Below, one piece after another: positions 29,127 to 43,224 of a stretch of DNA of 64,000 nt. Location: positions 3,100,001 to 3,164,000 of the forward strand of contig JBHGNT010000021.1 in assembly GCA_043228905.1 (NCBI GenBank), read 5' to 3'. The notes below the pieces were generated by a model that saw only the letters and a list, made by a program, of their open reading frames with translations, was not told the DNA's origin and did no database searches. How positions within the stretch are numbered: the stretch's first letter is position 1; each line of letters starts with the position of its first letter. This DNA is from Azolla caroliniana (taxonomy: Eukaryota; Plantae; Polypodiophyta). The translations under genes and the position numbers were made by a program.

Positions 29127-32100
29127 TTATTCCCTTGAATCATCTTTATCTGCTTCCTCGAGCCGTTCTTGGAACAAATCGAATTCATAACTGCATCTCT
29201 CACTAACCTGTATCAATCAATATGAATTACCTCAAAAGCTTTTGATATCATGGATTACAACATCTCATTGTGGATAACAATCGGCAACGGTTCGGTTCGG
29301 TTTGAGAGGGTCCAAACGGAACCGAACAATGAAACTGTTTTTCAAACCAAACCGTAAAAACGGCGGTTTCGTGGTTTGGTTTCGGTTTTCAACTTAGGTC
29401 AATTTTTAATTTTTAAAATTTTAAAATTTATAATATTTCATTTTTTAAAATTTTAAAGATGTTCCTAAAATGTGAGAATAAGGTCTTAAAATGAAAAGAT
29501 TGTTTAAAAACAATTTTTTTTAAAATAAAAAAAAACCCATTAAACCATTTAACCACAGTTTTTGAAGGTTGAAACCGTAAGCCGCGGTTTGGTTCGGTTG
29601 TTAATTGTGGATATAAGATGTGATCTATCCAATGAGTGGTCTATATGATAAATATACAATTAGAGAGAGAAAGGAGAAAGAGAAATATACCCCTTCCCAA
29701 GGAGCTCTACCATCGATGGATTCTCCCTACAAGAACAATCATAACTGTCTTTTTTACATAATAGTCACATCTCTTCAACTAACCCAACAGATTTTAGTGT
29801 GTTCCCTGTTACTCGTGTTTTTTTCATATAAATTCATTTTGTTTTCTAAAACAAACACAATTCTTCTACCTGAGAACCTAAAGAAGGAAGAGATTTGTGA
29901 ACGATCCATTGGGCATCAACAACCCCAACTTTCATATATTCAGGCTGTTTAAAAAACAAAGTTAGAAACAATGGCCACAAAAAGAGAAACAAACCCAATG
30001 TAAGAAAATTAACACATTAGTTGTTACATCACCATGCAAAATACGTTATAGAAATTATTATAATCTCGATGTAGTAGTTGTTACATTCAAATGTGAAGTA
30101 CAATGTAGCAATCATAATAATCCCAATGGTTTAGAGATGAAGCTTGTGTCTTCCAACCTTAAGTTCGTGGGTTCATTTCAAAGCCCAAGACAATTGGGAG
30201 TAATGTTAGATTTATTGTAAAATAGCATTAATCTTTTGAAGTGTTTGAGTTTGAGTGTCAATACTGACAGTTTCAAGAACAAAAATTCTCCTATAATCTA
30301 CAAAAACTTAAAAAAGGATGAGAATGAAAACATTGTTCTTATAAAAGAATGAATAGACAAAAGAACACATACCCTAACACATCTGCCAAGGACGAAATCA
30401 AGTCCCCAACCATGAATCAAATCATTCTGAAAAATTTCATGATTCAATTAAGAGTTGACGTTTTTAGCTTTTAGTAATAAAAAAAACGTGTAAGGATATA
30501 TAATGTGAGAGTTAGCTATTTATAGAAACTTCCTACATATAGCTAACAAAAAGAAGATAATTATGCAGAGCAAGATTACTTGAATGAGATGCCAAACACA
30601 TTTCCATGCAGTTTTCGAAAAGACAGGTGCCATGATCTCCACAAAACTGTAAAAAATACCAACAATTGTCAAAAGAAGCTCACAAAAATACATAAGGTCC
30701 TGCACACAAGATTGAAAATTTTACATTTAAACCCTAATATTCATGAGCCTGCTCAAAGTGGTAGAATAACACTTACAGAATTATGATGTAGCATAACTAT
30801 GGTTATGTTACGAATCTCATAAATCTTATCGCCAACGGTAATGAATATATAAAACAAGCATAAAATGCATTAAAAGAAAGACTGTGAGAATATACCCAGT
30901 ACATGGTGGTTTGTTCGGGTCCTTGCATCGTCCTGATGTCTCACTGCTTTTCCTGGCAATCAGAATTCAATAGTTTAGTTAGTTCCAGCACATTTCTTCA
31001 TAATTATAATTTATGACTCAGAAATTCTTTCGTTTATTAGTCCTCAAAGTTGATAGAAACTGAAAACCAAAACAAAAAAATTGATATGAGATAGCAGCTG
31101 CATATCACAGCTCTTAACATATTTCCTTTTACCTATGTACTTCTGAGTTTGGACGACGCATTGTCATTCTCCAAGTTACTTTTCTATTCGGGTCCAAGGC
31201 CGGTTGAGAGATTTCAAGTTCATGTTTTTTCACCAATGCTATATACCTGAAAACAGGAGACCATGAAAAACGAGTCTAACAATCTCATGGTGATCTTACT
31301 AATGACATATACTATCAACACATGTAGTCTCAGCCGCTCACGGTCTTTTACTAAAAAACACTTAGGATTAGGCAGTAATATGTTGCCTTTTACTTATATA
31401 TTTAGATGCACTTTTGAAAACTCACAAATCTGCATCAAAGTTATCAAGGCCAAGGTCTTCATCCCATACAAAAATATACTCATATGGTGCCACAACATCA
31501 GGATGCAAGAAGCGTTTTGCAAACCACCTGAAAATATTGCATTATAATATGAATCAACATACATAATATAATATTGTTTGAGTATTACTCAATTAAGAAG
31601 AAAGAGATTATAGAGAAGAATTTGCCGACCACTTTGATTGCTTCCGTGCACTAATGTGTATGGCCTTTTGAGCCCACTCATATTGCTCCCATTCACTTTC
31701 TCGGCCATCGTAGTGGAACAGAAGTATTGTCCAGTTTTTGGAGAACTACAACATGAAATAAATAACAGATAAAGAGCAACCAACACTAAAACTAGATCTA
31801 ATAGAAATGAAATACTATGCCTTTGTATCAAGGTCTTGCTGACCTTTGATACTGCTGCATTAATGATTTCCCTTTGCTCAAATCCAACAGTGAAGGTCAC
31901 AAGATATTGAGATTTGAATGGTAAATCCTGAAAAGAGCATGTTTTTATTTACTATAGCCCTGTCCCATCACATATTTTCTAGAAGCCACATTTTGAGCTT
32001 TGGATATGAGTTTCGTGTTATCAATTCAAATCATGCAAATGTAGTGAAATTCAATAGAAAGAATCATTCATGATCCTAAACTAAATAAATAGATGTTCAG

Positions 32101-34319
32101 ATGATAAATGCGATTGAATATGAGGTTGGAATTGGTTGGCAAACACACAGTGAACAGCAGGCAAGAGAAATCCTATTTTCAGCATGAATATATACTGTTC
32201 ACCATCATATCTCGACCTAAACAAATCCTGCGCCATGCAAGCATTTAAGCAAACCACGTTATTATATGATATATCAACCACAGATTTCTCTTGACCAAAG
32301 CAAGAGTACTCCTTTTTAAGACAACAAAATGCAACAACAACAACAAAAAAACATGCATACGCATACGCATATGTTAAGAACCCACAACAAATTAGAAGTT
32401 CTCTACCATGTAAATATCAATGATAAGAGGGAGATGCATGTTTTCCATCATACTCATGCTGACTAGCACAAGGAACCATACTAAGGTCACAAGCTTACAA
32501 TGATGATCATTTGCTATAAGAAGAGGAGAGAGAAAATCTACAAATTGTCATACATTTTTCTGATTACATGTGGACTAACTTCACCACACTTTTCCATGAC
32601 ATAGTGCAGTCCAAACTAAGATAATTCCAAATGTCCATCATGATTTGAGTTAAACAATTTCTTTTGTCTCCTAACTATATCTCCGAGCGGAGAACCGCCT
32701 ATCCCCATTTATCAATAGCCTAGAAACTAAGATAATTCCAAATGTCCATCATGATTTGAGTTAAACAATTTCTTTTGTCTCCTAACTATATCTCCGAGCG
32801 GAGAACTGCCTATCCCCATTTATCAATAGCCTAGAAACTAAGATAATTCCAAATGCCCATCATGATTTGAGTTAAACAATGTCTTTTATGTCGCCTAACA
32901 ATATCACCAAGCGAAGAAGAACCGTATATCCCCATTTATCAATAGCCTAGAAACTAAGATAATTCCAAATGTCCATCATGATTTGAGTAATGTCTTTTAT
33001 GTCGCCTAACAATATCACCAAGCGAAGAAGAACCATATATCCCCATTTATCAATCGCCTAGAAACATTCTCCATAGCGCATGATAACATTTGCAATTCTC
33101 TCACAAATCATAATCAAAGAATATAAGCACCAAACCCACATATCAGAATGTAATGTTTCAATAGCCCTTCATTGTGTCTCGTTCAAGAACTCAATGGTCA
33201 AAAGCAAAGGAAGTTGGAACAAGTTGCTACTAGAGAACGCATGTTGATACCAACATAGTTTCTCATGACAGTGCAATCAGCATTTGGGCCTTATGCATGA
33301 ATCTGAGTTTTTTTTTTATCAAAAATGGATCAAATTCATGCAGCTGATAAGTGCTCCAAAGGGTAGAAAATTCAGAATTCCTGGTGAGAACAAATTATTT
33401 GAAAGTTCTCTATTGATCATTATAAAATAGACTATCATTACACCCACAAAAGCTTATTCTCGTATGCCCTCCTCTTGTGATTCGTTATTCACCATTCCTT
33501 TAACTGCTATCTATTAATAAAGATCTACAGCGTGACATGAAAAAATCCTTGAAAGGGCTATCAATATTCACTTCCTAAGGTTAACTTGACAATAACAATA
33601 ATAATAGATATGGATTATTCAAAAGTCCAAAACCTCTTCTGGCTTTCCCCACAACCTTCGCATGTATAAATCTGTCTCAGGGACAATTATCTTTGGGGGT
33701 AGAAGCTCTGCTCCACGTGTATAGTTTTGATAAACAACCTGCAATGGATTGGATTATGGGAGAAACGTTATCCTATTATTAGTGCAATGGAAATGTGTGT
33801 GTGCCTCCATAACCTTATTGATTATGATGAAGAAATTCCAAATAAGCACAAACCACAGGAGGAGGGCATATTGAGTGGTGTTTTTTGGAGGCTTCCATTT
33901 GAATTGCATTCTTTCTAAACAAATTAAACAGGCCATGCTGCAAATGCCCAAAACAAAAAAACAGAAGGCACAAATCAATTTCTTGCTGAAATAAAAAGGC
34001 AGGTGTCATATATTCATTGATATCAGCCACTGCATTAATAGTAGAAGTGGGTGCCATTATTGTTCATTTGTGTTGTTTTGCAAAAAGGTTTTGATTTGTG
34101 AAGGGTTTCCAAAGTTTTACTCTTGTGTATGCAATTCCAATATACACGCCAAATGATATTCCAAGGACTGTGGTAACAAGAAGCTTTATCATTTCATTGG
34201 TCTTCTTACAACAAGCTCTGCAGATCATTCAAGAAATACATACTTTTAACTTTTACAATCTTCAGCATCTCAGAAAGTTTGTGAATAGAAGAAAATACTT
34301 ATGTATGTGTAAGCATGTA

Positions 34320-34361
<42 letters not shown>

Positions 34362-34527
34362 GTGTATGAGTCTATGCATGCGTGTAATGTAAGTATGTAT
34401 GGGTAACACATCTTTTTATTAGGATTGCATTGCATTCACGAGGAGCTAATTCTAAGCATGAGAACAGAAGCAGATGAAGGCTTAACCTTGAACCAAATTT
34501 GTCACATTTCATGCCCCTGCAGAGCAT
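29127..34527 (-). CDS. DUF707 family type-II membrane protein (putative glycosyltransferase-like); 14 short coding exons
   Basis: Manually spliced exons give MLCRGMKCDKFGSR/ACCKKTNEMIKLLVTTVLGISFGVYIGIAYTR (TM)/.../GAELLPPKIIVPETDLYMRRLWGKPEE/DLPFKSQYLVTFTVG.../FSKNWTILLFHYDG...KQSKW/WFAKRFLHPDVVAPYEYIFVWDEDLG.../...EISQPALD.../...PPCTG/FVEIMAPVFSKTAWKCVWHLIQ/NDLIHGWGLDF.../...VGVVDAQWIVH..PSLGSQ/GESIDGRAPWEG/VSERCSYEFDLFQERLEEADKDDSRE*. All junctions are GT-AG and in frame. Confidence 0.9.
29275..29603. mobile_element. hAT-type MITE (329 bp) in the last coding intron of the DUF707 gene
   Basis: Perfect 8-bp TSD ATTGTGGA at 29267-29274 and 29604-29611. The ends read TAACAATCG... and ...CGGTTGTTA. 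Subterminal CGGTT/AACCG arrays flank an AT-rich core. Confidence 0.85.
32613..33065. repeat. Minisatellite, 4 x ~111 bp, in the long intron of the DUF707 gene
   Basis: AAACTAAGATAATTCCAAATG units start at 32613, 32724, 32835 and 32951. Units 1-2 are near-identical; units 3-4 share a variant core. Confidence 0.95.
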
Positions 34528-37500
34528 TTTACCTCCATCAAACTCCTTTTCCTTGTGATTCTAGAGAGAGGAAGAATAGAAAATCAGGAGCACATAAAAG
34601 GTCAGAGGGGGTAGGATCGAGGGTCCCACGTGAATGAATGAATGAATTAGTGAATGAAGGTAAAAGCGAAGTTTGTGTTACTCAGACATAACGGAATTGT
34701 CGGCCTCAGGCAGAAGCAGAACAAAACAAAAACAGAAAAAAACAAACAAACATGGAAACAGAACAGAACAGGACATAGTAAGGGAAAATTACAAAAGTAG
34801 GCCTCTTCATATACATACAAACACAAAATGTATGTATAATTATATATATATCTATTTTTTATCATGCCCCTCTTTGTGTAAAATGTGAATGCATTCAAAT
34901 TCAATGTGGCCTCTCATCAAATTTGGGCTCCTTGTAGATGATAAGCATTCTATTTTACTCTTCGAAGTGTGTCATATTTTGACTCAATTTTTCTGTAAAT
35001 ATATTATCTGTACAGTGAAGGAGATTATATGTTTAATTAGTGTCCCGGATATATCTTTGATTGATGGTTCTTTGTCATGACCGTGTGTATAACGTTAGGG
35101 AGTCATCGATAGAGGCACCAATTTCTTGGGCAACCATATGGCTTCTTACATTCTCCACAACTATGGCATTGACATTGTGCATTAGGGCCTCGTTGTATAT
35201 ATATTACTACCTATACTTTGTAAAGTTCAAACATCCCAATCAACAATCCGATATACTTGTTACATTCAATCAAAACAGATTTCATAAATATCCTCGACTC
35301 AGATATTTGATGGAAATTGATTAAACTTGATCAAAGGAACTTGTGAATCACATCATACCTTATTGCTGGCATTGCCTAAACATAATTAGGTTAGATTGAT
35401 CCATTTCATTGTTAAAATCATAGAGAACTTAACTCATCAATTAGAAGCTTATGAAAGTTGTAAGCTCGATCAAGTCTTAGGATTGTACTAGTCCATCATC
35501 AATTTATGTGAACTAGCTCTTCATCATAACAGATTAAATAAAGCTTTTCGATGCAATTAACTACTTTTAGCATACTAGTAATGATCACAAATGATTGGAC
35601 ATATCATGCCACCTTAATGTTTAAATAAGGTCACATCTCATTACCACATATTAATTAGCTTTGTCAATTCATAAATTTCATTGCTCACTTAGAAATTCAA
35701 TTAGATAGGAGAAGATTATGTTTTTGAGAGGAAAGCGAGCTTAATGTCGCATAAATGAACCTTCACAACAAGATATCGTACAATGTGATGAAGTGCCACT
35801 TTCTGATGAACTATGATTTTATTCATAAAGACATGAATGAAAAGTGGGGGAAATACTTAGTTATACATAAGCTTGTGATGAAGTTCTATATCAAATCCAT
35901 TACCTTGGGAATATGAAATAATTGTATATATTTTCTTTTTATAAGAAGACTCAAGCACGTATGTAAACAAACAAAAAGCAAAAAATGAAACATAGGCTCC
36001 TATATCTACAATAAATTCTCTTCTCCAAACACTAGATCTTCACGATTTGAGATTTAGTCAATTAAAAATGATATTTGCGTTCGCCAATTGGGGAAGTACT
36101 ATTGACTTATTGAAGAACTTATTTTGGCATGTATGGGCTCAAAGCCCCACTTTTTCAATCACATTTTCCTTGCTTGTAATGTTGTCTGACATGATGGTGT
36201 GGGCAAGAAATTGTGATGCAATCTTTGGATATAAATTTGGTTTGCCTACACTTGGAGCTAGATTGATTTGCATGCAATTGGGTTAGGGTTCAACATAAAT
36301 TTCATTGGTTACAATTTCTATCCGATTGCCACAGCATGTTGATTAGTTGTTTGATCCACATGTTTTGTGACATAACGAAGAAAACTTGATATACTTTATT
36401 TATCTCATGAACAATGAAGCTTGATTGGTTTTTTTACCACATAAAGAACAAGAATTCAATGCATTTTTACCACATATGGCAACACATGAACCTATATCCA
36501 CATGAAGATTTAAACCAAATCCTCTACATTGTCTCTATCTTGCATATATGTATCTACTATGAAAGATGCTGTTATGAATTCATGGCCAGTGTTGAAGACT
36601 GCTGGGTATAAATTTAACAATTTTTTGCTCCAAATGATAAAGTACACTTCCATCCACATTGTGTCGAAAATTCCTGACTATACATTTTAACCCTTAGTTC
36701 TAGCCATGGGTTTGTTCCCCTATTTCTTGCTTGGGATTATGTTATCATATTCATTGTCTTAAAGATAGTCGCTTATGTATACATTTTGTGGATGATGTTA
36801 TGATTGCATGCTTATTATGTTGAAGTTTACTAAGCATACATATTGTGCTTAAGCCTAAGGGGTGTTTCCTGTGTTTTCTTGTTTGGGATGTATTAGCCAA
36901 TAGTAGATTCACAATCTCAGCAAACTGCTGCTGTCTCTGCCCCCATCCCCTTCACATTGCCCATAGATCATGAAATGATGATGAAAATCGAAGCAAATCC
37001 AGGACTCCCCAAGGAAATTCTTATTATGTTGAAGTTTACTGAGCATACATATTATGAAATGTTGAAGCAAATGAAACAAATTCCACACTCCCCAATGAGA
37101 CTTTAAGATTCAAAGCTCCTGAAATGATGAAACAAATCGAGAGCTTTTAATGCGTACCTAGTGCAGAATAATCCACAAGCTGAAAGTCTATCATGTCAAA
37201 AAAAAACAAGGAAACAACACTGAAGTTGCTTTCATTGTCGAGGGCAATGCAGATCCTGAGACCACAGATTTTCATGAATCCGACAAATGGAAGAAACAAA
37301 GTTTGCGGCTTCAATCACAGTCAAAAGCTATGAATGATTCACATACAAGTTGTGAATCTGGGAAGCCTGATAAATTTTTTGGACAAAGCTACGATGATCC
37401 ATATGGTCGCCGTCATGATGTTTCAAATCAGGTAGTACCCTGCTCTTGTGAAAGGATGATGGTTGCCTAAAGATTCAAACATCAAAATATAATATAGAGT

Positions 37501-37685
37501 AATGTGTTGTTTGTTATATTACTGACAATAATGTCATCTTTTGAAGCAATGCCCCAATGATATTGAAATGTTATCATATACATCAATGCCCCAATGCTAC
37601 AAATTCACAAAGCAGTGAAAAGAGATTGGATGAAAGGAAACAAATTAGAGCAAGTTACATTTATAGGGATCTCAGATTTCCCCTC

Positions 37686-38551
37686 TTAAAGTATGTGTTT
37701 TCTGAACAAAGAGCTTACACTAGTTAGTAGAAAAAGCAAGGAAAAAGAGAGCGAGATCCTTGTTGAAGATGATGTGAAACTCTTATGTTTGTCGGAATGT
37801 ACAAATGGGCTGTTTCCGGAAACTGCAATTTGATTTGAACCTTCAAATAAAAGAAACTAGTCAGAATGTACTTGAAAGAATGACAAGGAAAGATGCGACA
37901 TCTCTTGATTGGCCACGAGTTTTTAGCACACTAACCCAGGCAGGATTAGTTACTCTAGAGGAAATTTTGTGTCATCAGGCATCATTATACGATGAAAGCA
38001 TTCATGGATTGACCCACTCTCATTCTACCTCTCGCAGATGTACACTGTATCATCCACATATTGCTTGTACCAATGGTCCCTATAAAATCTACTTTTGATC
38101 ACATCCCAATTACATGGCGTAGAGCTACTGGTTTAGGTACAATTTAATTTTTCCTTTATTTTATCATATATTCTATATGATTCTCACCTACATGTTAACT
38201 TTCAGTATCATAGGTCACCTGGCCTTTTTGAGACATCAATATATAGTATTATGGGTGCAATAAAAGTATATACAAGTGTGGGCACTATAAATACACAGCA
38301 TTACGGGTCTATAGCACCTGCACAATCTATTTTAAGAAAACTACAAATTATGCTTATGTATGTATGTATTAGACATTTAAAACATGCTTGTAGCAATCAA
38401 AATGTAAATTTTGTTAGAATTTTAAAGAACATTCACATTATTGGAAACTTACAATCATAATCAACCCAGCCTATTCTTTGATTTTCAAGGTCATAAACAA
38501 CAATTTTATCCTTCAATACTATATCTGCACAGCAACAAAATTGGCATCGTG

Positions 38552-38587
<36 letters not shown>

Positions 38588-41500
38588 ACGTCTTTTAAAA
38601 TGCCAGAATGACCTATAAGATCAAAAAGTAGATTACTCATTTACCTCCAAGTATTGTTAAAATTGAATTGCTATTCTCCGCTGTACTATGCCACCCGATG
38701 CACCACGTGTGAACATTCACCTGAAATGTTTTTCATGACAAAGAAAAAACGATAGTTGAGATAAAGACTAAATGGTGTGCAAAAAAGGGTTCACATTTCG
38801 AGATTGGGTAAAAGTTTTTCGAATAAATCTTTTTAACCCTGAAATGTTTATTTTGTCATTATCTGTTTTTCATTGATTGTTTACACATCGCACATGCGAC
38901 GTAGACTTACCCTTTCTGCTTTCCGGATGAGATAATGGCTGCCCTTAAGTTTCATATCTGCCCCCTCAAAATGGAGAGTTATTATAGGAAAGTCATCATC
39001 AACACTGTCCAAAAAGAGGGGGAAGAAGATTTCTTTTAATAGTGCATACATTTTTTTCTTTAAAATTTAGATTTATCATCGCTCTGTAGATGCTCTTCTT
39101 TCATTTTTTAGGGGCCTTCAAAAGCATTTCTCAAGACTTTGTATGTGTTTTCTGGACCCAAAAATGTTCAAAATATCACTTGATGAAAGGGGTCAAGAGG
39201 AAATAGGTAATGTAGAAAAATAACCTATGAAAAATAAAGAATCAAAAACAAAAGAAACTAGCCCAAGGTCTAGTAAGGACAAAGAAAATGGATGTTGTGT
39301 CAGACAGCAGAGAACAGCATGGCCATCAATCGAAGAATTCAGAATATCTAAAGGATCAATCAAAAGCTGATATTAATAATCTATCATATGTACACTATGA
39401 TTCTCATATCTGAACTACAATAAAATTTTCGTTCTTTCTTTTTCTTGTAGTGAGTGATGCTGATACTCATCCTCAATCTACTGATCTCCTTGATCTTTGC
39501 TTTTAATTGGCATTAGGCTGATGGCATGTGATTGGGTGAGTCCCATCATTTCCTTAGAAGGGCACTAACATATTGGTTGGGTTTGTGTAAGAGTGCAATA
39601 ATTATTACTGCAATTCTTTGTTCCATTTGGCTATTGTAGTCACTGATAAGATTTATAGAGCTCAAGAGGAATGGACTAGATTTCTACTATCAGATGTTGA
39701 ATTGCAGGATATTTTCCAACCTTTTCCAGAAGTAACTGTGTATCATAAAACTTCATATGACCTCCATAATGATGATGATAGTGAGGCTGGTGAATGTATG
39801 CGAGTATTGACCAAGACAATATTACTGTCTTGAATTGTTTTATAGACGAAGTTATGTGTGTATGTACGCACTCACATGCATATCCATTTCATTATGACGC
39901 ATAAATTTGCTTTTTTCACCTGCCAGAATAAATAAAGCATGTTTCTCCTGGCTGAGAGACCTGATAAGCCTCAGAAGGCGCCCCTTTGATTATCTATCAA
40001 ACAAAATTATTGGTTTAGTGTCAAAAAACACAATGATAAAAGAATGTGTACTTGTTTAACTAAAGTTTTGATCACAACACATCCAGCAATTACATAAACC
40101 ATGATTAGTTCAGTGAACATTCAAAAAACACAGCTATAAGAGAATATGTACTTTTTATATAAAATTTTAGATCACAACACATACAGCGGATACAACTGAG
40201 GTGTACACTGGCTCCATAAGGTATGCAAGTGATGTCCCACTATCGAAGATCGTTCCGTGTACATTTGTAGTAGCATATGCTGAAGACTTTAACATAAATT
40301 CCACACCATTTACAGATATTCCTTTTAAATTGACATTGTAATGTGTCCTGTAATATTACGATGACTCAAAAAAGATCATTTAATTAATATCATGAACTTT
40401 GTAGTAAGTAAAAGCCTTTAAAAGTGAAGTATAGTTGGCTTTGATGAGATGCAATATTTCAACTCACCGTGAAGAAATTATAGGAGTAAACACCAACTGA
40501 GGATCCATAACATTGCCCAATACAAGAACACCACCTCCTTTTTCAGATCCTTGTAGACAATGTGCAAATACTCCAGGGGTCAGTCCTTGCATATAGAGTT
40601 GAGAAATAATTGATAGCTTACTCTGCCCAAAACCCATTATTCCATCCACTACACTCTGCCCCGTTAATAAGTTCCCAGATTGATTGAATCCACAACTGGA
40701 AGAAGCAGCATCGATTCCAGCACAAACCAACAAAATAACAAAATAATAATTAGAAATCATTTTTGTTACAAAAATTTAAGATCTGCACATGCACCATTTT
40801 AGATAATCCAGCACGTATAAAGTTTTAGATTTTCATTTATATGTGAAGGATTTTCTACATGGGGTTCTAAAAATCACTAGTATCAAATATTTGAATTTTG
40901 CAATAAAGCTACTTAAAGAAGATAATGTCTTTACCCAAACACTATTTTTGCATCTGTATTGACCTGTGACTTGTTTGATTGAAGTGCTCTATACATGAAA
41001 GTGTCTTCAATTAAATAGCCAGTCGTACTACTTTTATCCCCATACTGAAAACTATAGCCACAATAGTTCTCATAACAACGAGTATTCACAATTTTTGATC
41101 CACTATCACAAATCGGATCATCGCATGATATTGGAGAGCTTGTTTGAGAGTGGGGATCATAAGATACTATGATCATCTGTAAACAAAAGAGGACAACTCA
41201 GCTATATAACAATAAAACCTCATTAAAAGGGACACTAGTATCATTAAATTGATTCATTACTGAGATTCTCTTACCCCAAGATTATTTGATATCGCGCATG
41301 CAGTACAGGGATTGCAGTTTAGCCATAATAAATCACTACCGGTGTCCACTTGGACATGATATTCCTTTGCTGGAGTTCCCATACTTATTCGTGTATAGTA
41401 AATCCTGCTTAACACAAACAAATTCAAGCATGTTTGATAATTTCTTTCTAAGAATCTTTGTACGGTAGAATTCATGGAACATAAAAGTAAAATCCATTGC

Positions 41501-42769
41501 TATGTCAACTTAATAGAATCTTGATTCTATGTCCTAAGATGGTGAATTAATAAAACATTATGGGTAAATTCATTGGTAATATTAATGGAGTACTTTTGTT
41601 TATACATGCTAAGAATGTTAATGATGATGAATTTATGGAGCATACAAGTAACTTCGTTGGCATATCAAAATTAATGGAAATTTTCTGTCCTACACCCTAT
41701 GTTTATTTATGAAGGAGACTACATTACGAAAGTTGTGATTAAGGGAATTCATTAAATTGCCACACACCCTGTTAATGAATTCCTTCAAATAGCATACAAC
41801 ATACATCATCGAGACATATGCATGTATGTGATGAAGCATATCCATCAATTCAAGTAGTTATCAGTAAATCCTGATTTAACAAACAATTTTCTTACACATG
41901 CATATGTGATGAAGCATTCAGGATATCAATGATAAACTAATAATTAGCTGAATTGATGGGTTGTAATTAACCTTCTGCAATGGAGATGGGGAGAAGTTTC
42001 CTTAGATCATTAAATTAAGTCATGTTAATGGCCACTGATGCACCTTTCAAGGGATCTATTTGTACAGGAGACCATCCAGGTATAGTTTCACTCAGAACAC
42101 TTTTATCAAAAACTATGTACATTGATTTATGATTAAATGAAGTAGTACCATGGGACTTTTAAATTTGAACCCCAACCAGGAGCTGCAGCGCAAGAGTAAT
42201 TAAGTAAATGACTATTCTCTCAGTGACATTCTAAAGCTTTACCCAACATAAAAGAAACAACCATGGGGACTAAAATAGGATGTCCATCACTGAGAAAGAT
42301 AGCTAGTTAAATTAATGCATTTATACATATGCGATGAAATACGCATATTTATGTCATTCAGGGTGTCAAAAGAGTAACTATCAAACACAATGCTTTTACA
42401 GCTGAAGGATAACCAGCAGAATTTATGGATTTAATCATTCATGTGATACATGAATATGTTGTGAAACGTGCATATTGATGTCATTGGTCATGTCAAAAGC
42501 TAAACTAACAACTAGTTGAACTGATGGATTTAATCATACATGTGATAAATGCATGCATTTCTGATGATACATGCATGGGCATGTGATGATGCTTACATGT
42601 TTTATGATACATCGATACATTTGTGATGATACATGCATGCATACATGATGATGCAGGCAGTTTTATTATACATCTATACATTTGTGATGATACGTGCATG
42701 CATACATGACATGCAAATGTATCGCATTCAGGATTCAATCTTCATACTTGCATAAGTGATGATTATACA

Positions 42770-42801
<32 letters not shown>

Positions 42802-43184
42802 ATGGATGGATAGTATATGCATATGTGATGGATGCATAATATATTTATATATGTATTTCATTCAGGATGTCAAAAATAAACTAACCCTGCTAAATAAGGG
42901 TTGTAGTTTCCTCCAAGAGAGAACTGAACCGCATTCGTGAGGACTCGTCCATGTCTTGCCCTGTCATGTGCCTTAAAGAGCTCTATATGCTCCTCACTTA
43001 TCCCCTTATCAAGGCTCTTCTTAGAAGAAGCTATGAGGTCTGCATATGCATGCTGGAGTTTGATGATTCCAACATGTCCTTTGGCATGACACACAAGATT
43101 GATGTACCCAAATATGATGTAGAATGTGATGACAAGAAGAGGAAAACGCTTTGTCCCAGAATGTAAAGTGGGCATAGATTTCAT
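37686..43184 (-). CDS. A1-family aspartic protease (atypical, A36/A39-like), with signal peptide and probable C-terminal GPI signal; about 10 coding exons
   Basis: N-terminal hydrophobic segment and propeptide HDRARHGR; first catalytic motif [11 protein letters not shown] (~41340); [14 protein letters not shown]; DGIMGFGQ; FAHCL; second catalytic motif [12 protein letters not shown] (~40240); [28 protein letters not shown] (~38455-38650). The last exon 37840-37686 ends in the hydrophobic tail [19 protein letters not shown] non-coding 5' exon probably lies near 44410-44600. Confidence 0.9.
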
Positions 43185-43224
43185 CACTCTGAATGATTAT
43201 ATGTGATGAGATTTAGTGCTTCCC

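Noticed and set aside
30115-30195. tRNA-derived SINE-like head (CCCAATGGTTTAGAG...GTGGGTTCATTTC); a similar motif occurs near 14935-14970
   Set aside because: The A/B boxes are degenerate, with no cloverleaf, tail or TSD; too weak to call without a repeat library.
32613-33065. Possible CRISPR-like array or intronic snoRNA cluster
   Set aside because: The units are contiguous with no unique spacers and there are no cas genes. I could not find a paired C box (RUGAUGA) and D box (CUGA) on the host strand.
35900-36660. Possible Ty3/gypsy integrase remnant (KWG-like motif on the minus strand)
   Set aside because: Motif spacing does not fit and there are no supporting RT, RNase H or LTR features.
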